From Octopus vulgaris (lineage: Eukaryota), in contig OX597821.1 in NCBI GenBank assembly GCA_951406725.2, positions 89,466,001-89,530,000 of the forward strand: a stretch of 64,000 nucleotides of DNA, written 5' to 3'. The notes beneath the pieces are model-generated. The model did no database searches. It saw nothing but the letters and a program-made list of their open reading frames with translations, and was not told where the DNA came from. Both the position numbers and the translations under genes were made by a program. The stretch's first letter is position 1. Every line of letters starts with the position of its first letter. Positions 24,163 through 36,252 of this stretch are shown here, one piece after another.

Positions 24163-25590
24163 CATGACGGCGAAACAAAAGAGCAAGATTCCCTGCAACC
24201 AAACGCTGAACCTGACAGTTTGAACTCCACTAACACCACCACCACCACCACCACCATCAGCATCAACAAAAGCAACAACTACAAAACCAGGCCATCCACA
24301 GTCACCGCCACCAATGATTTCACCATCAACACCGACACTACCACCACGGCAGCTTCTGCTACTACAACTGCTTCCTCTGCTAACGATACCACTACCAACA
24401 ACAACAACAACAACAACAAAACCAAGGTCGTAAGGCCAATCCTCGTCACGACAACCAATGATTCCACCATCAACACCGACACCTTCCTTGGCAACGCTTA
24501 CGACATTGATTTCCCTATACTGCTTTCACCACAATTTCATGAAGGAGGGGAAATGGGGGAAATCATCACAAGCACAAAATGCAAGCATGAACGCTAACAT
24601 CGCGACCTCCACTCAAAAACTGGTAAACAACCGACTTCACAGTTATCTACTACTACTACAAACGATTCTGCCACAAACATCACCACCACCACCTCCACAA
24701 AAAACAAGACGAATTTTGCGGAAGCCATACAACCGAAAAGAAGAATTCTAAAATTTACTCATCAACAAATACAAGACACAAAATCCTTGCTCACCAAAGA
24801 AGGCAACACAATGCATTTACATATTCCACGGAACATCATAGAAGAAACACAAAAGAAGACCATCATTTACAGAATACTCAACACCAAAACAAAAAGACTA
24901 GAAAGCCCACCTACAGAAAAGATTGAGAAGTGCCTCTCTTCCGTGTGGAAATTCCAAAATTATGTGAATTGGGGAAGTAAATTTGCTACCGTGCAAGTTC
25001 ACTTCCATACGGAAGAACTAACAAAAAAGTTTTCAATGCTTACTCTGCGCACAGACCAGGTAACAATGGCACCTAGCTACCTTGGGCGCAGAGTAACGAA
25101 AGTAACAATAAACAATGTGCCTCCAGTAGTGGATACCCAGTGGCTGGTATCGACCATCTGCTTTGATATAGAAGCAGATATTTTAGAAATAGCTGACATT
25201 CCAGAGGAAAGCTGGACTGGTAAAAAGCTCAAAATATTGCTTTAAATCTCCCAAGAAGCAATAAACAATTTACCAACAAGTGTTCAACTGGCAAACGACC
25301 AAAAATCGTATGTAGCGGTGGAGGGCAGGAGGGCACGATGCTATTTGTGCAACGGTGAGGCACATCTCAGATATGAGTGCCCAACTGCTATCAGAAATAG
25401 GCAACAGCAACAGCAACCACTCCCAAAACCTGGAAGAAAACCCCTGCTACCCACACCACCTTCAACCCAAAAGATAGGAAAAACAGCGGACAATACAAAA
25501 ACTGTTTCCCCCTCATCAATCACATCACGAAGAAGAGAAATACCTTCGACATCGCAACCAACAAGAGAAACAACATCACCAGACAGATAG
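24163..25590 (+). pseudogene. Non-LTR retrotransposon ORF1 (gag-like, L1/Tx1-like) with a CCHC zinc knuckle; no ORF2 follows
   Basis: One reading frame of about 475 codons with two in-frame TAA stops (24595, 25243); NFAEAI, SYLGRRVTKVTINNVPP, VEGRRARCYLCNGEAHLRYEC (CX2CX4HX4C); ends at a (GATA) run. Confidence 0.75.
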
Positions 25591-26210
25591 ATAAATAGAT
25601 AGTTAGATATAGTTACACACATGTATATATGCCTTTTTGACGTATGCATACTAACTGGAAACAAATATCAGTATCATGAAATGGTGTCATTTACCTGCAA
25701 TTCTCTGAGAATGCATGCTTAGACATTGAGTTGTTTGTCATTTGAAAGACAAGGGAAAACAATACATCAGTAGGGTAAAAAATGAGGGTTAGCAACAGGA
25801 AGAGCATCTTGCACTAGAAAATCACACATCAGCAAATTTGGTCTGACCCATATAAGCAGGAAAACTGGATAGTAAAATGTTGATATAATGATAGTGATGC
25901 TCGTGAGGATGATGTGGATGATGATATCGATGATGTTGATGGTGATGATTATTATATACACAAGTGGTCTGTATGTAAATCTACCTTTTGTCTAAGTGTT
26001 TGTTTGTATGTATGTGTGTATGTATATGCACAAACATACATTTGTTAGTGTATCCATGCACTAACACACACACACACACAGACATATATATATGTATACA
26101 CACACACAATCCATATATATATATATGTATACGCACGTACAATCCATATATATGTATACAAATATACACACACGCACACAATCCATACATATATACATAT
26201 ACATACATAA

Positions 26211-26316
<106 letters not shown>

Positions 26317-26929
26317 ATCATGTGAACTCAGCAAATGATACGTAGGTAGCAGATCATATGATGTGGTCAGTTTGAAGGACATCTTAAAAGGTGAACTTTC
26401 AATAATGGTCAAACATGAACATACATGTTCCAGTGAGTGTATATAAAGTATCATATGACAAGCTGAGATGTGTAATTTCAATTGTTTTATTTCTGTTTAT
26501 TCAACATCAAGAACTCGATATTCAAGTTTGTTTTGTTTTTTTTTGTATTCACCCTCAATAGAATTCCACTGTGTACACACAAACACACTTTCTTTCTTTC
26601 TTTCTTTTTTCCTTTCCTTTTTTCTCAGTTTCATTCTCTCTATCACTCTCTCTTTCTCTTTCTATCTCTTTCTATCTCTTTCTCTCCCTTTCTATTTTCC
26701 TCCTTCTCTCTTACTGAACCCAATCCATCTAAAGTTTGTTCTTCTTCCATTGTGCCCTTTTATTGTCTTTCTTTTCCTTTTCGTTTCATTCGCTTTCTCT
26801 CTCTGACTTTCTCTCTCTCTCTCTCACTCTCTCTCTCTTTCTCTCTTTGTTACACTCTCTCTTTCAAAACCTCTCTTTCCATCGCTATATATCTGACTGC
26901 CCATCAATTCAAACCTCTCCATCTGCCTG

Positions 26930-27050
26930 CACACAAACACACACAGATACACAAACACACACAGATACACACACACACACACAAGCACACACACACACAC
27001 ACAAACACACAAACACACAAACACACACACACACAAACACACACACATGC

Positions 27051-27085
<35 letters not shown>

Positions 27086-27160
27086 AGCACACACACACAC
27101 ACAAACACACACACACAGAGACACACACATGCACACACACACACACAAACACACACACAC

Positions 27161-27197
<37 letters not shown>

Positions 27198-27199
27198 AA

Positions 27200-27260
<61 letters not shown>

Positions 27261-27261
27261 T

Positions 27262-27308
<47 letters not shown>

Positions 27309-27335
27309 CACACACACACACACACATGCACACAT
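26930..27335. repeat. Imperfect (CA)n array of about 400 bp
   Basis: Direct reading. Confidence 0.95.
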
Positions 27336-27429
27336 ATTTCAACAACTTTTGTTATCCCTACTGCATCATACAGAAGTCCAAACAATAAAACCCCAACAGA
27401 TTTTAATCTCTCGTTCATGTATGTCACTC

Positions 27430-27544
<115 letters not shown>

Positions 27545-27871
27545 GCATGTGTTTGGGCAGTGTGAGCTAGTAGAATCATTACAGGATCAGAAAGAAAAAA
27601 ATTGCCTGATAGCATTTGTTCCAGTGCCTTACATTCTGAGTTCCAATCCGACGTAGGTCAGCTTTGCTTTTCAACCACTTGGGATTCATAAAATAATGTA
27701 ACCACCCAAGCAATGAAGTCCACTTACCAGCACTCTTTATCCTTGTAGATCTTGTACCTACATTAGGAAGGATGTAAGTACCTAAGTATATGATCTGTCT
27801 AGTACTTCTGGCCATGACAATCAGTACAAGTAGTAATGACAGAGAAGAGGTGGGGAGAGGTAGTCTTGTAG

Positions 27872-28076
27872 TCTTTTACTTGTTTCAGTCATTTGATTGC
27901 GGCCATTCTGGAGCACCGCCTTTAGTCGAACAAATCGAACCCAGGACTTATTCTTTGCAAGCCTAGTACTTACTGTATTAATCTCTTTTGCTGAACCGCT
28001 AAGTTACGGGGATGTAAACACACCAACATTGGTTGTCATGTGATGGTGGGGAGGGGGTACAAACACAGACACGCAA

Positions 28077-28147
<71 letters not shown>

Positions 28148-28303
28148 ACGGGCTTCTTTCAGTTTCCATCTACCAAACCTACTCACAAGGCTTTGGTTGG
28201 CTTGAGGCTATAGTAGAAGACACTTGCCCAAGGCGCCATAGTGGGATTGAACCCGGAACCATGTGGTTGGTAAGCAAGCTACTTACCACACAGCCACTCC
28301 TGC
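27872..28303 (-). mobile_element. SINE family A, full length
   Basis: Match to family A. Confidence 0.9.
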
Positions 28304-28334
28304 ACTTATGTTGATTATTATTATTTCCAAGGTG

Positions 28335-28680
28335 CTAGTGTGGCTATGTGGTAACAAGTCTGCTTCCAACCACACTGTTCTGGGTTCAGTACCACAGTGT
28401 TGAACCTTGGACAAATGTCTTCTACTATAACCTTGGGTTGACCAAAGCCTTGGTAATGGAGTTGGCAGATGGAAACTGAAAGAAGTCAGTCATATGTGTG
28501 AGTGTGTGTATGCATGTGTGTGTGTGCATGTGTGCATATGTCTCTGTCACTCACCACCACCACCACCACCACCACCACCACTAGTCAACTGGTGTTGGTT
28601 TATTTATGTCCCTGCAACTCAGTGGTTTGCCAAAATTCACTGATAGTACCAAGGCTTTAAAAAATAAGTATTGGGGCCAC
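28335..28680 (+). mobile_element. SINE family A, older diverged copy
   Basis: GTGGCTATGTGG...GGTTCAGTACC...GGAAACTGAAAGAAG. Confidence 0.75.
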
Positions 28681-28770
28681 AATCTAAGAACTGAAACTAG
28701 TAAAAGATAAAAAGATAGCAGATGATGGCAGAATCAGTACAATGACTAACATAATGCCCATTTTTATTTT

Positions 28771-29130
28771 AAGTTCAAATTGCATCATGAGGAATGTGAA
28801 GACGCAGGCTGGAAAGTGGAACATTTTCCTATCGAAGTCGGATGTAGAGGATTTGTTGGACACAGCGTGAGACAACTGTTGTTATCGCTAGGCCTAACTC
28901 ATCGTAAAGTCAATACCACCATGACTGATATCCAATCTACAGTGGAGAAGGTTAGCCACTGGATTTGGTTAAAAAGAGACGATGAGCGATGGCTAGAAGT
29001 ATATTGAGTTCTTCATAACCAGCTGATCTAGCAAGCGGGGCCTTATCAGTGAGGGGGGCGGTGTGCATTGATGCCGTCGAGAGGTAGGCCCTGAAATGGT
29101 GCACTTTCTCTCTTGATGACCCCATACACT
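28771..29130 (+). mobile_element. Hero-clade (restriction-like endonuclease) non-LTR retrotransposon 3' end
   Basis: ECEDAGWKVEHFPIEVGCRGFVGHSVRQLLLSLGL...VEKVSHWIWLKR matches the Hero-type C-terminus (PxEVGCRGF...WxWxKR); GC-richer 3' UTR. Confidence 0.8.
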
Positions 29131-29711
29131 TGCTGGCTTCCAGTATACAGAGCTTTTGACTAGTAGTCCTTGCATGTGCAAGTTGTTTGCAAGACATCAT
29201 CATTTCAGACTTCATAATAATATAAACTGACAAGGAAGGACTGAAGTCAATTAATGGAAGTGTAGCCAACTGTTGTGGCCTCATATTCTTGTTAGTATTT
29301 TTCTCATTATCCAAAGGGCAATGGCAATGAATTGGCAGATATGATAGAGCATCAGGTAAAATACCTTTCCATGTTCCTTCTGGCCTTACATTCTGTCATG
29401 GTGAAGTTTGACTTTGATCCTTCTGGGACCCATCATCATCATCATCACCATCACCACCACCACCATACCATAATCAGTTAACTTTCACTTTCCCATGTCA
29501 GCATGGATCAGGCTGAATTTATTGAGGCAGATATTTTTACAGCTTGATTTCCTTCTTTCCAAACACTTGTTTCCAAGCAAGGTTGCATTTCCCTATGGAA
29601 AGGTCTTAATCTTCTCTGAAGACTGGATGTGAATGATGTTGCTTTCATGACAGCAAGCTCGTTTACAACTTTCACATGATGTCAAGACAAAGGTAGACAT
29701 ATACACACACT

Positions 29712-30138
29712 CTACTCTCTTTACTCTTTGACTCTTTTACTTGTTTCAGTCATTTGACTGTGGCCATGCTGGAGCACCGCCTTTAGTCGAGCAAATCGAC
29801 CCCGGGACTTATTCTTTTGTAAGTAAGCCCAGTACTTATTCTATCGGTCTCTTTTGCCGAACCGCTAAGTGACGGGGACGTAAACACACCAGCATCGGTT
29901 GTCAAGCAATGCTAGGGGAACAAACACAGACACACAAACACATACACACGCACTTATATATATATACATATATACGACAGGCTTCTTTCAGTTTCCGTCT
30001 ACCAAATCCACTCACAAGGCATTGGTCGGCCCGGGGCTATAGTAGAAGACACTTGCCCAAGATGCCATGCAGTGGGACTGAACCCGGAACGATGTGGTTG
30101 TTTAGCAAGCTACTTACCACACAGCCACTCCTGCGCCT
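29712..30138 (-). mobile_element. SINE family A, young full-length copy
   Basis: Near-identical to 55873-56273; CpGs retained. Confidence 0.92.
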
Positions 30139-30516
30139 ACACAATGTGCTTCTTTCTGTTTCTCTCTACCAAATCCATTTACAAGGCTTTGGCTAGACAT
30201 GAGCTATTGGACACTTGCCTAAGTTGCTTGTTTTGAAACTGAACCCTAGACTGCAAGGCTGGATTCTTGGATTCAGTCTCACTAGTTGATAAACTACAGT
30301 ACTGATCCCATACTTGGTTTGGTAAACTTGACTAATTCTCTCTCCTAAAATTGATGACTTTGTGCCTAAATTAGAAGCAATTATTATCTGCAGGACCTGT
30401 TTGAATGAAATGATTGGCAGAGCGTCGGATAATAAGCCTCAGAATATTTTGTTCTTTCTCTTCATTTTCAGAGTTCGAATTCCGAAAGACTTGACTTTGC
30501 TTTTATCTTTTCTTTA

Positions 30517-30668
30517 TCATCATCATCATCATCCCCATCATCAGCGCCACCACCATCACCATCATCACCACCACCATCATCGCCGTCACCATCAACACCA
30601 TCATCATCATCACCATCATCACCACCACCACCATCATCACCATCATCATCATCATCATCACCATCATC

Positions 30669-30702
<34 letters not shown>

Positions 30703-30960
30703 TCATAATCATCATCCTCATCACCATCATCATCATCACCACCATCATCATCATCATCATCATCATCATCATTGTTTACTGTCTGTTTTCAATGCTGGCC
30801 TGGGTTGGACAGTTTTGACCTGGAGCTGGCCAGCATGAGAGCTGGCCATACTCCGAATTGTCTGTTGTGGCATGGCTTCTAGAACTGGATGCCCTTCCTA
30901 ATGCCAACCACTTTATAGAGTGTGCTGAATTCTTTTTATGTGTCACCACCATGTGTGCAG
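30517..30960 (-). mobile_element. Family C copy (about 30772-30960) with an expanded (CAT/CAC)n tail (30517-30772)
   Basis: CTGGATGCCCTTCCTAATGCCAACCAC adjacent to the array. Confidence 0.8.
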
Positions 30961-31039
30961 TTACCACAGCTCAGACACAAGTACATTTTATGTGGAATTG
31001 GCAACAGTAAAGGACAAGCCTGCATGTATACTCTCTCTC

Positions 31040-31443
31040 TCTTTTTACTCTTTTACTCTTTTACTTGTTTCAGTCATTTGACTGTGGCCATGCTGGAGCA
31101 CCGCCTTTAATCGAGCAACTCGACCCCGGGACTTATTCTTTTGCAAGCCCAGTACTTATTCTATCGGTCTCTTTTGCTGAACCGCTAAGTAACGGGGACA
31201 TAAACACACCAGCATCGGTTGTCAAGCAATACTAAGGGGACAAACACAGACACACAAACACACACACATATATATATACATATATACGACAGGCTTCTTT
31301 CAGTTTCCGTCTACCAAATCCATTCACAAGGCTTTGGTCGGCCCGAGGCTATAGTAGGAGACACTTGCCCAAGGTGCCACGCAGTGGGACTGAACCATGT
31401 GGTTGGTAAACAAGCTACTTACCACACAGCTACTCCTGCGCCT
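31040..31443 (-). mobile_element. SINE family A, full length
   Basis: Match to family A. Confidence 0.9.
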
Positions 31444-31469
31444 ATAGATGACAGTAATTTTACTTAGCT

Positions 31470-31626
31470 TGACCAGTCTTAATTGCAGCAAATCACCACT
31501 CCTTATCCCTTGTCATTTCCTCAGTGAGGCCCAGTGTCTGAAGATCCTTTCTCACCACTTTGTCTCACATCTTCCGGGGTTTACCTCTTCCATGGGTTCC
31601 CTCCACACTTAGAGCTCAGCACTTCA
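31470..31626 (-). mobile_element. RTE LINE ORF C-terminal fossil
   Basis: VEGTHGRGKPRKM*DKVVRKDLQTLGLTEEMTRDKEW resembles RTE GRGRPRKTW...DRxxWR. Confidence 0.8.
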
Positions 31627-32629
31627 AACTGAACGGGACACCTGGAACTGAAGGGTTGATAGAATGAATAGCAGTCATATAGTGGTGCCAAACAATGTAA
31701 TCCTTCCCACCAACCATATTTCTGACCTTGTACCTACGTGAGAAATTATAATTTTTTTTATTATTATTACTGTGTGAGAGAGTGCCACATGCCATCAAGG
31801 TGATGCTGGGTTATAAATATACAACACCTAATATAACCATCAGGACTACCTGTCTGATAAGGACACACCAGGTACATGCATGTGTGTTCAACATGGTGAC
31901 CTCATATCAAGATAGATAGTGCATTACCTTGCAGGTGAAGCCCAGCTGGAATTTTCTTCTGGTCGAGTAGCCAATCCCACACAAAAGGTTCCTGAATAAA
32001 AGTTGTTTGAGGATGATGAACAAAACACTCACATTTTCAGGAGTGAAATATTCAAACCCCGAAGAATTCCTCTCAATATATGGCTATGACACTCCACCAT
32101 TACCTCTACTCGTGATCAGAGATGCACATATCATCAGCCACCAAAGGACATGCTCAACTGGTTGAGATCAAGCAACTGGCAAACAAATCTGCAATATTGA
32201 GCAGAAATATATCTGCTGTAGCCCGTCTTTTACACCAAAACAAAATATGTACATGTTAACACTTCCAATCAGTTAAGATCAGAAAGCCATAAAAACCATA
32301 GCCTGGTATTACATCAGGGTCTTACTATCATCATCATCATCACCATCATCATCACCTTTATCATCATCACCTTTATCATCATCATCACCATCATCATCAC
32401 GTGAATAAATAAATGGCAGGACTTGTAAAGCATCAGACGAAAGGCTTTGTGATATTTGCTTTGCATACTGATTTCAAAACTCACCAAGATCAATTTTTGC
32501 CTTTCATCTTTTCTGGGTCGATAAAATATTATATCAGTCAAGTAGTCGGGTAGATATAATCAACTATATATCCTCCTCTCCAAAACTTTCATGCCTTTAT
32601 ATCTATGTTAAAAATTATTATTATTATTA

Positions 32630-32700
<71 letters not shown>

Positions 32701-32713
32701 GTCATTATTATTA

Positions 32714-32746
<33 letters not shown>

Positions 32747-33137
32747 GCAGCAGCATTAATATTAACATTAGTTCAGTTTTTCTAGAAATAAATCCACCGG
32801 ATAAAAACCAGCCAAAAATATAACCACAGAGAGGCTCCACGCTTCTGGTTCACTGATTAAAATCTTTGACATTTGTCTTGTCACTAACAATTATGTTGAA
32901 CCCTCTATGATGTTTATCACTTCAAAATTTCTTCCATTTCGCATTTTAGTTTTTTAATTTGTGTTCGAAATTTTTCTTTCGTCCCTACTTTTTTTTTTTT
33001 TTTTTTTGCGAAATAAAATAAAAAATTATTTTTTTTTTTTTTCAAAACTTGTGAAAGATATATCTTTAAACAACCAGTTATGGTGAATCATACATCACAT
33101 ACATCATCATATCTCATATATCAGAGGTTATAACCAT

Positions 33138-33293
33138 TTGTGTGTGTGTGTGAGAGAAGGAGAGAGAGAGAGAGAGTGTGTGTGTGTGTGTGAAAGAAGG
33201 AGAGAGAGAGAGAGAGTGTGTGTGTGTGAGAGAGAAGGAGAGAGAGAGAGAGAGAGAGTGTGTGTGTGTGTGTGAAAGAAGGAGAGAGAGAGA

Positions 33294-33324
<31 letters not shown>

Positions 33325-33372
33325 AGAGAGAGGGAGTGTGTGTGTGTGTGTGTGTGTGTTTGTGTGTGTGTG
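33138..33372. repeat. Higher-order repeat of (TG)n-AAAGAAG-(GA)n, about 5 units
   Basis: Direct reading. Confidence 0.85.
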
Positions 33373-33664
33373 CTTGCATGTATGCATGAGTGTGTATGAA
33401 TGTTGACATATGGTTTGTGAGTTTGTGCACACAAACCGTATGTTTATTTTTCCATATATACATAGATATGTATGCATATATATATGCGTGTATGTGACTA
33501 TAAATATATACATTTATACATAGATATTTGTGTGTATGTGTGTGTGTGTGTGTGTGAGTATATATGTATGTGTATATGCAACCACACACAAAGTCGCATT
33601 TACGTTTTTACTAGGTTCACCCATGATATATAAAGATTATTATTATTATTATTATTACTATTAC

Positions 33665-33709
<45 letters not shown>

Positions 33710-34075
33710 TATTATTATTATTATTATTATAATCATTATTATTATTAGTAGTAGCAATGAAAAATGTTGTGTGAATCTACGTTTGTGCGTACATGTGAAT
33801 AAATGTGTTTATGTGAGTGTACGTACATATATGTGTGTGTAAAGTGGGAAACATGCTAAGCTAAGTGGAATTATGGTTGTCACCTAGTGCTGCTGTCATG
33901 TAATTGTTAACTGTGCTGGCGATATGTAAAATGCTTTCAGGATGGTGACACATAAGGGGTAGGGGTACCCATGCTGGTAACATGCAAAAGTACCCAGTAC
34001 ACTCTGTAGAGTAGTTGGCATTAGGAAGGGCATCCAGCCATAAAAACCACGCCAAAACAGATTGGAGCCTGACAC

Positions 34076-34122
<47 letters not shown>

Positions 34123-34289
34123 ACTCTTTCTCTCTCTCTCTCTCTCTTGCCATCTCCAGTCAAACCATCTGAACCATGCCTGCATGGAAAATGGATGATA
34201 AATGATGATGATGACAATGATGATGATTATGATGATGACGATGATGGTGGTCATGATGATGATGAAAATATGTGGTGAGAGTGGGTACA

Positions 34290-34590
34290 GTATTATCATC
34301 CAGATAGTAAATCAAGAGGGAGTCATAGCCAACGACTAGTGCAATAGTATCATTGTAAACTGCTTCAAACACAAAGAAGATGCCACAGCAAGAAGTAGTT
34401 ACAGTGGAATTATATTACTGGATCAGGCTCTGGAGGTCACCAAGAGATTCATTGCACAATTGACTCAACACCTAGATAGACCTAGATGAGACATGGTTTT
34501 GTGTATGGAAAATGTACCAGAGATGCAATCTCTCGCTAATGAGATATCTACCAAAGAAACACTTGACTAACAGCAAACCATTAATATATA
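34290..34590 (+). mobile_element. RTE LINE RT N-terminal fossil
   Basis: EGVIAND*CNSIIVNCFKHKEDA..SSYSGIILLD...GFVYGKCTRDAI resembles IPxDWxxSxIVxxYKGKGD...NYRGIKLL...GFxPGRxTTDAI. Confidence 0.65.
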
Positions 34591-34781
34591 CTCTTTTACT
34601 TGTTTCAGTCATTTGACTGTGGCCATGCTGGAGCACTGCCTTTAGTCGAGCAAATCGACCCCAGGACAGATTGATTCGAATTCACTGGTACTCTTGATTA
34701 TCAAGAGTACCAAAAAAAAAAAAAAAAATCAAACTCTTTTGATCCATACATATAAACTCTCATTTGTCCACTCACTCATAT

Positions 34782-34947
34782 GCAGGAGTGGCTGTGTGGT
34801 AAGTAGCTTGTTTACCAGCCACATGGTTCCGGGTTCAGTCCCACTGCGGGGCACCTTGGGCAAGTGTCTCCCACTATAGCCTCGGGCCGACCAAAGCCTT
34901 GTGAGTGGATTTGGTAGACGGAAACTGAAAGAAGCCTGTCGTATATA

Positions 34948-34999
<52 letters not shown>

Positions 35000-35184
35000 C
35001 GTGTATGTTTGTGTGTCTGTGTTTGTCAACCGATGCTGGTGTGTTTATGTCCCCCGTCACTTAGCGGTTCGCAAAGAGACCGATAGAATAAGTACTGGGC
35101 TTACAAAGATTAAGTCCCGGAGTCGAGTTGCTCAATTAAAGGCGGTGCTCCAGCATGGCCGCAGTCAAATGACTGAAACAAATA

Positions 35185-35185
<1 letters not shown>
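34782..35185 (+). mobile_element. SINE family A, full length
   Basis: Match to family A. Confidence 0.9.
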
Positions 35186-35216
<31 letters not shown>

Positions 35217-35406
35217 ATAGATGAGTGTATTTTTACCTTGTTAACAATTAACACGGAAAAAATTAATAAATAGTTACCAGGGTAGCAAAAATCTCACAAG
35301 TAAAGATGTTGTAACTCCTTGTTTATAAAGGTAGAAACTTCGTGTTTACGTGGAATATTTTGAATTATATATGAATAAATAAATGGAGTTAAAGTTCATT
35401 TATTTA

Positions 35407-35442
<36 letters not shown>

Positions 35443-35741
35443 ACAGGTTTCTTTCAGTTTCCATCTACCAAATTCACTCACAAAGCTTTGGTCAATCCAA
35501 GGCTATAGTGGAAGACACTTGCCCAGGATGCCACACAATGGGACTGAACCTGAAACCATGTGGCTGGGAAGCAAGCTTCTTACCACACAGCCACTCCCGT
35601 GGCATAAAAGAATTGTTAAAATATATTGTGTATTGTAGAATTATAACCAGTTTTTGGACATGAATTTTAATAACAAAATCTTATCTGGAACCCAAGGGGC
35701 TGTATGGAGCCTGGTTGAGAACCAGTGCTCTAGCAGAAAAG

Positions 35742-35782
<41 letters not shown>

Positions 35783-35783
<1 letters not shown>

Positions 35784-36252
35784 GGCAAGCGCAAGTGTGA
35801 CCATAACCTTGTGGCCTATGCTAGGGGTGTAACCAGTCCACTTATGCATGCCTTTTCTTCATTGGACACAAAGCTCTGCTTGCGAAGGACCAGTTGAGGC
35901 AAGTGAAATCGAAGTCGATATCAAATTCGGTGACAGCATCCGTTGCTAGTGGAGCGCTAAGAGTACCATACGAGTGAGATTGTTGCCAGAGCAACAAGCT
36001 GGCCTTTGTGCCGATGTCACGTGAAAAGCACCATTTGGGCGTGGCCGTTGCCAGTACTACCAAACTGGCCCTCGTGCCGGTGGCACGTAAAAGCTCCCAC
36101 TACACTCTCGGAGTGGTTGGCGTTATAAAGGGCATCCAGCTGTAGGAACTCTGCTGAATCAGATTGGAGTCTGGTTCGCCAGACCTCAGTCAAATCGTCC
36201 AACCCATGCTAGCATGGAAAGTGGACGTTAAATGATGATGATGATGATGATG
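35783..36252 (+). mobile_element. Long family C variant with a non-RTE 5' region and internal sub-repeats
   Basis: GCCGGTGGCACGTAAAAGC sub-repeat, GAGTGGTTGGCGTTA..AGGGCATCCAGCTGTAG core, (GAT)n tail; inserted in (TAT)n. Confidence 0.75.
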
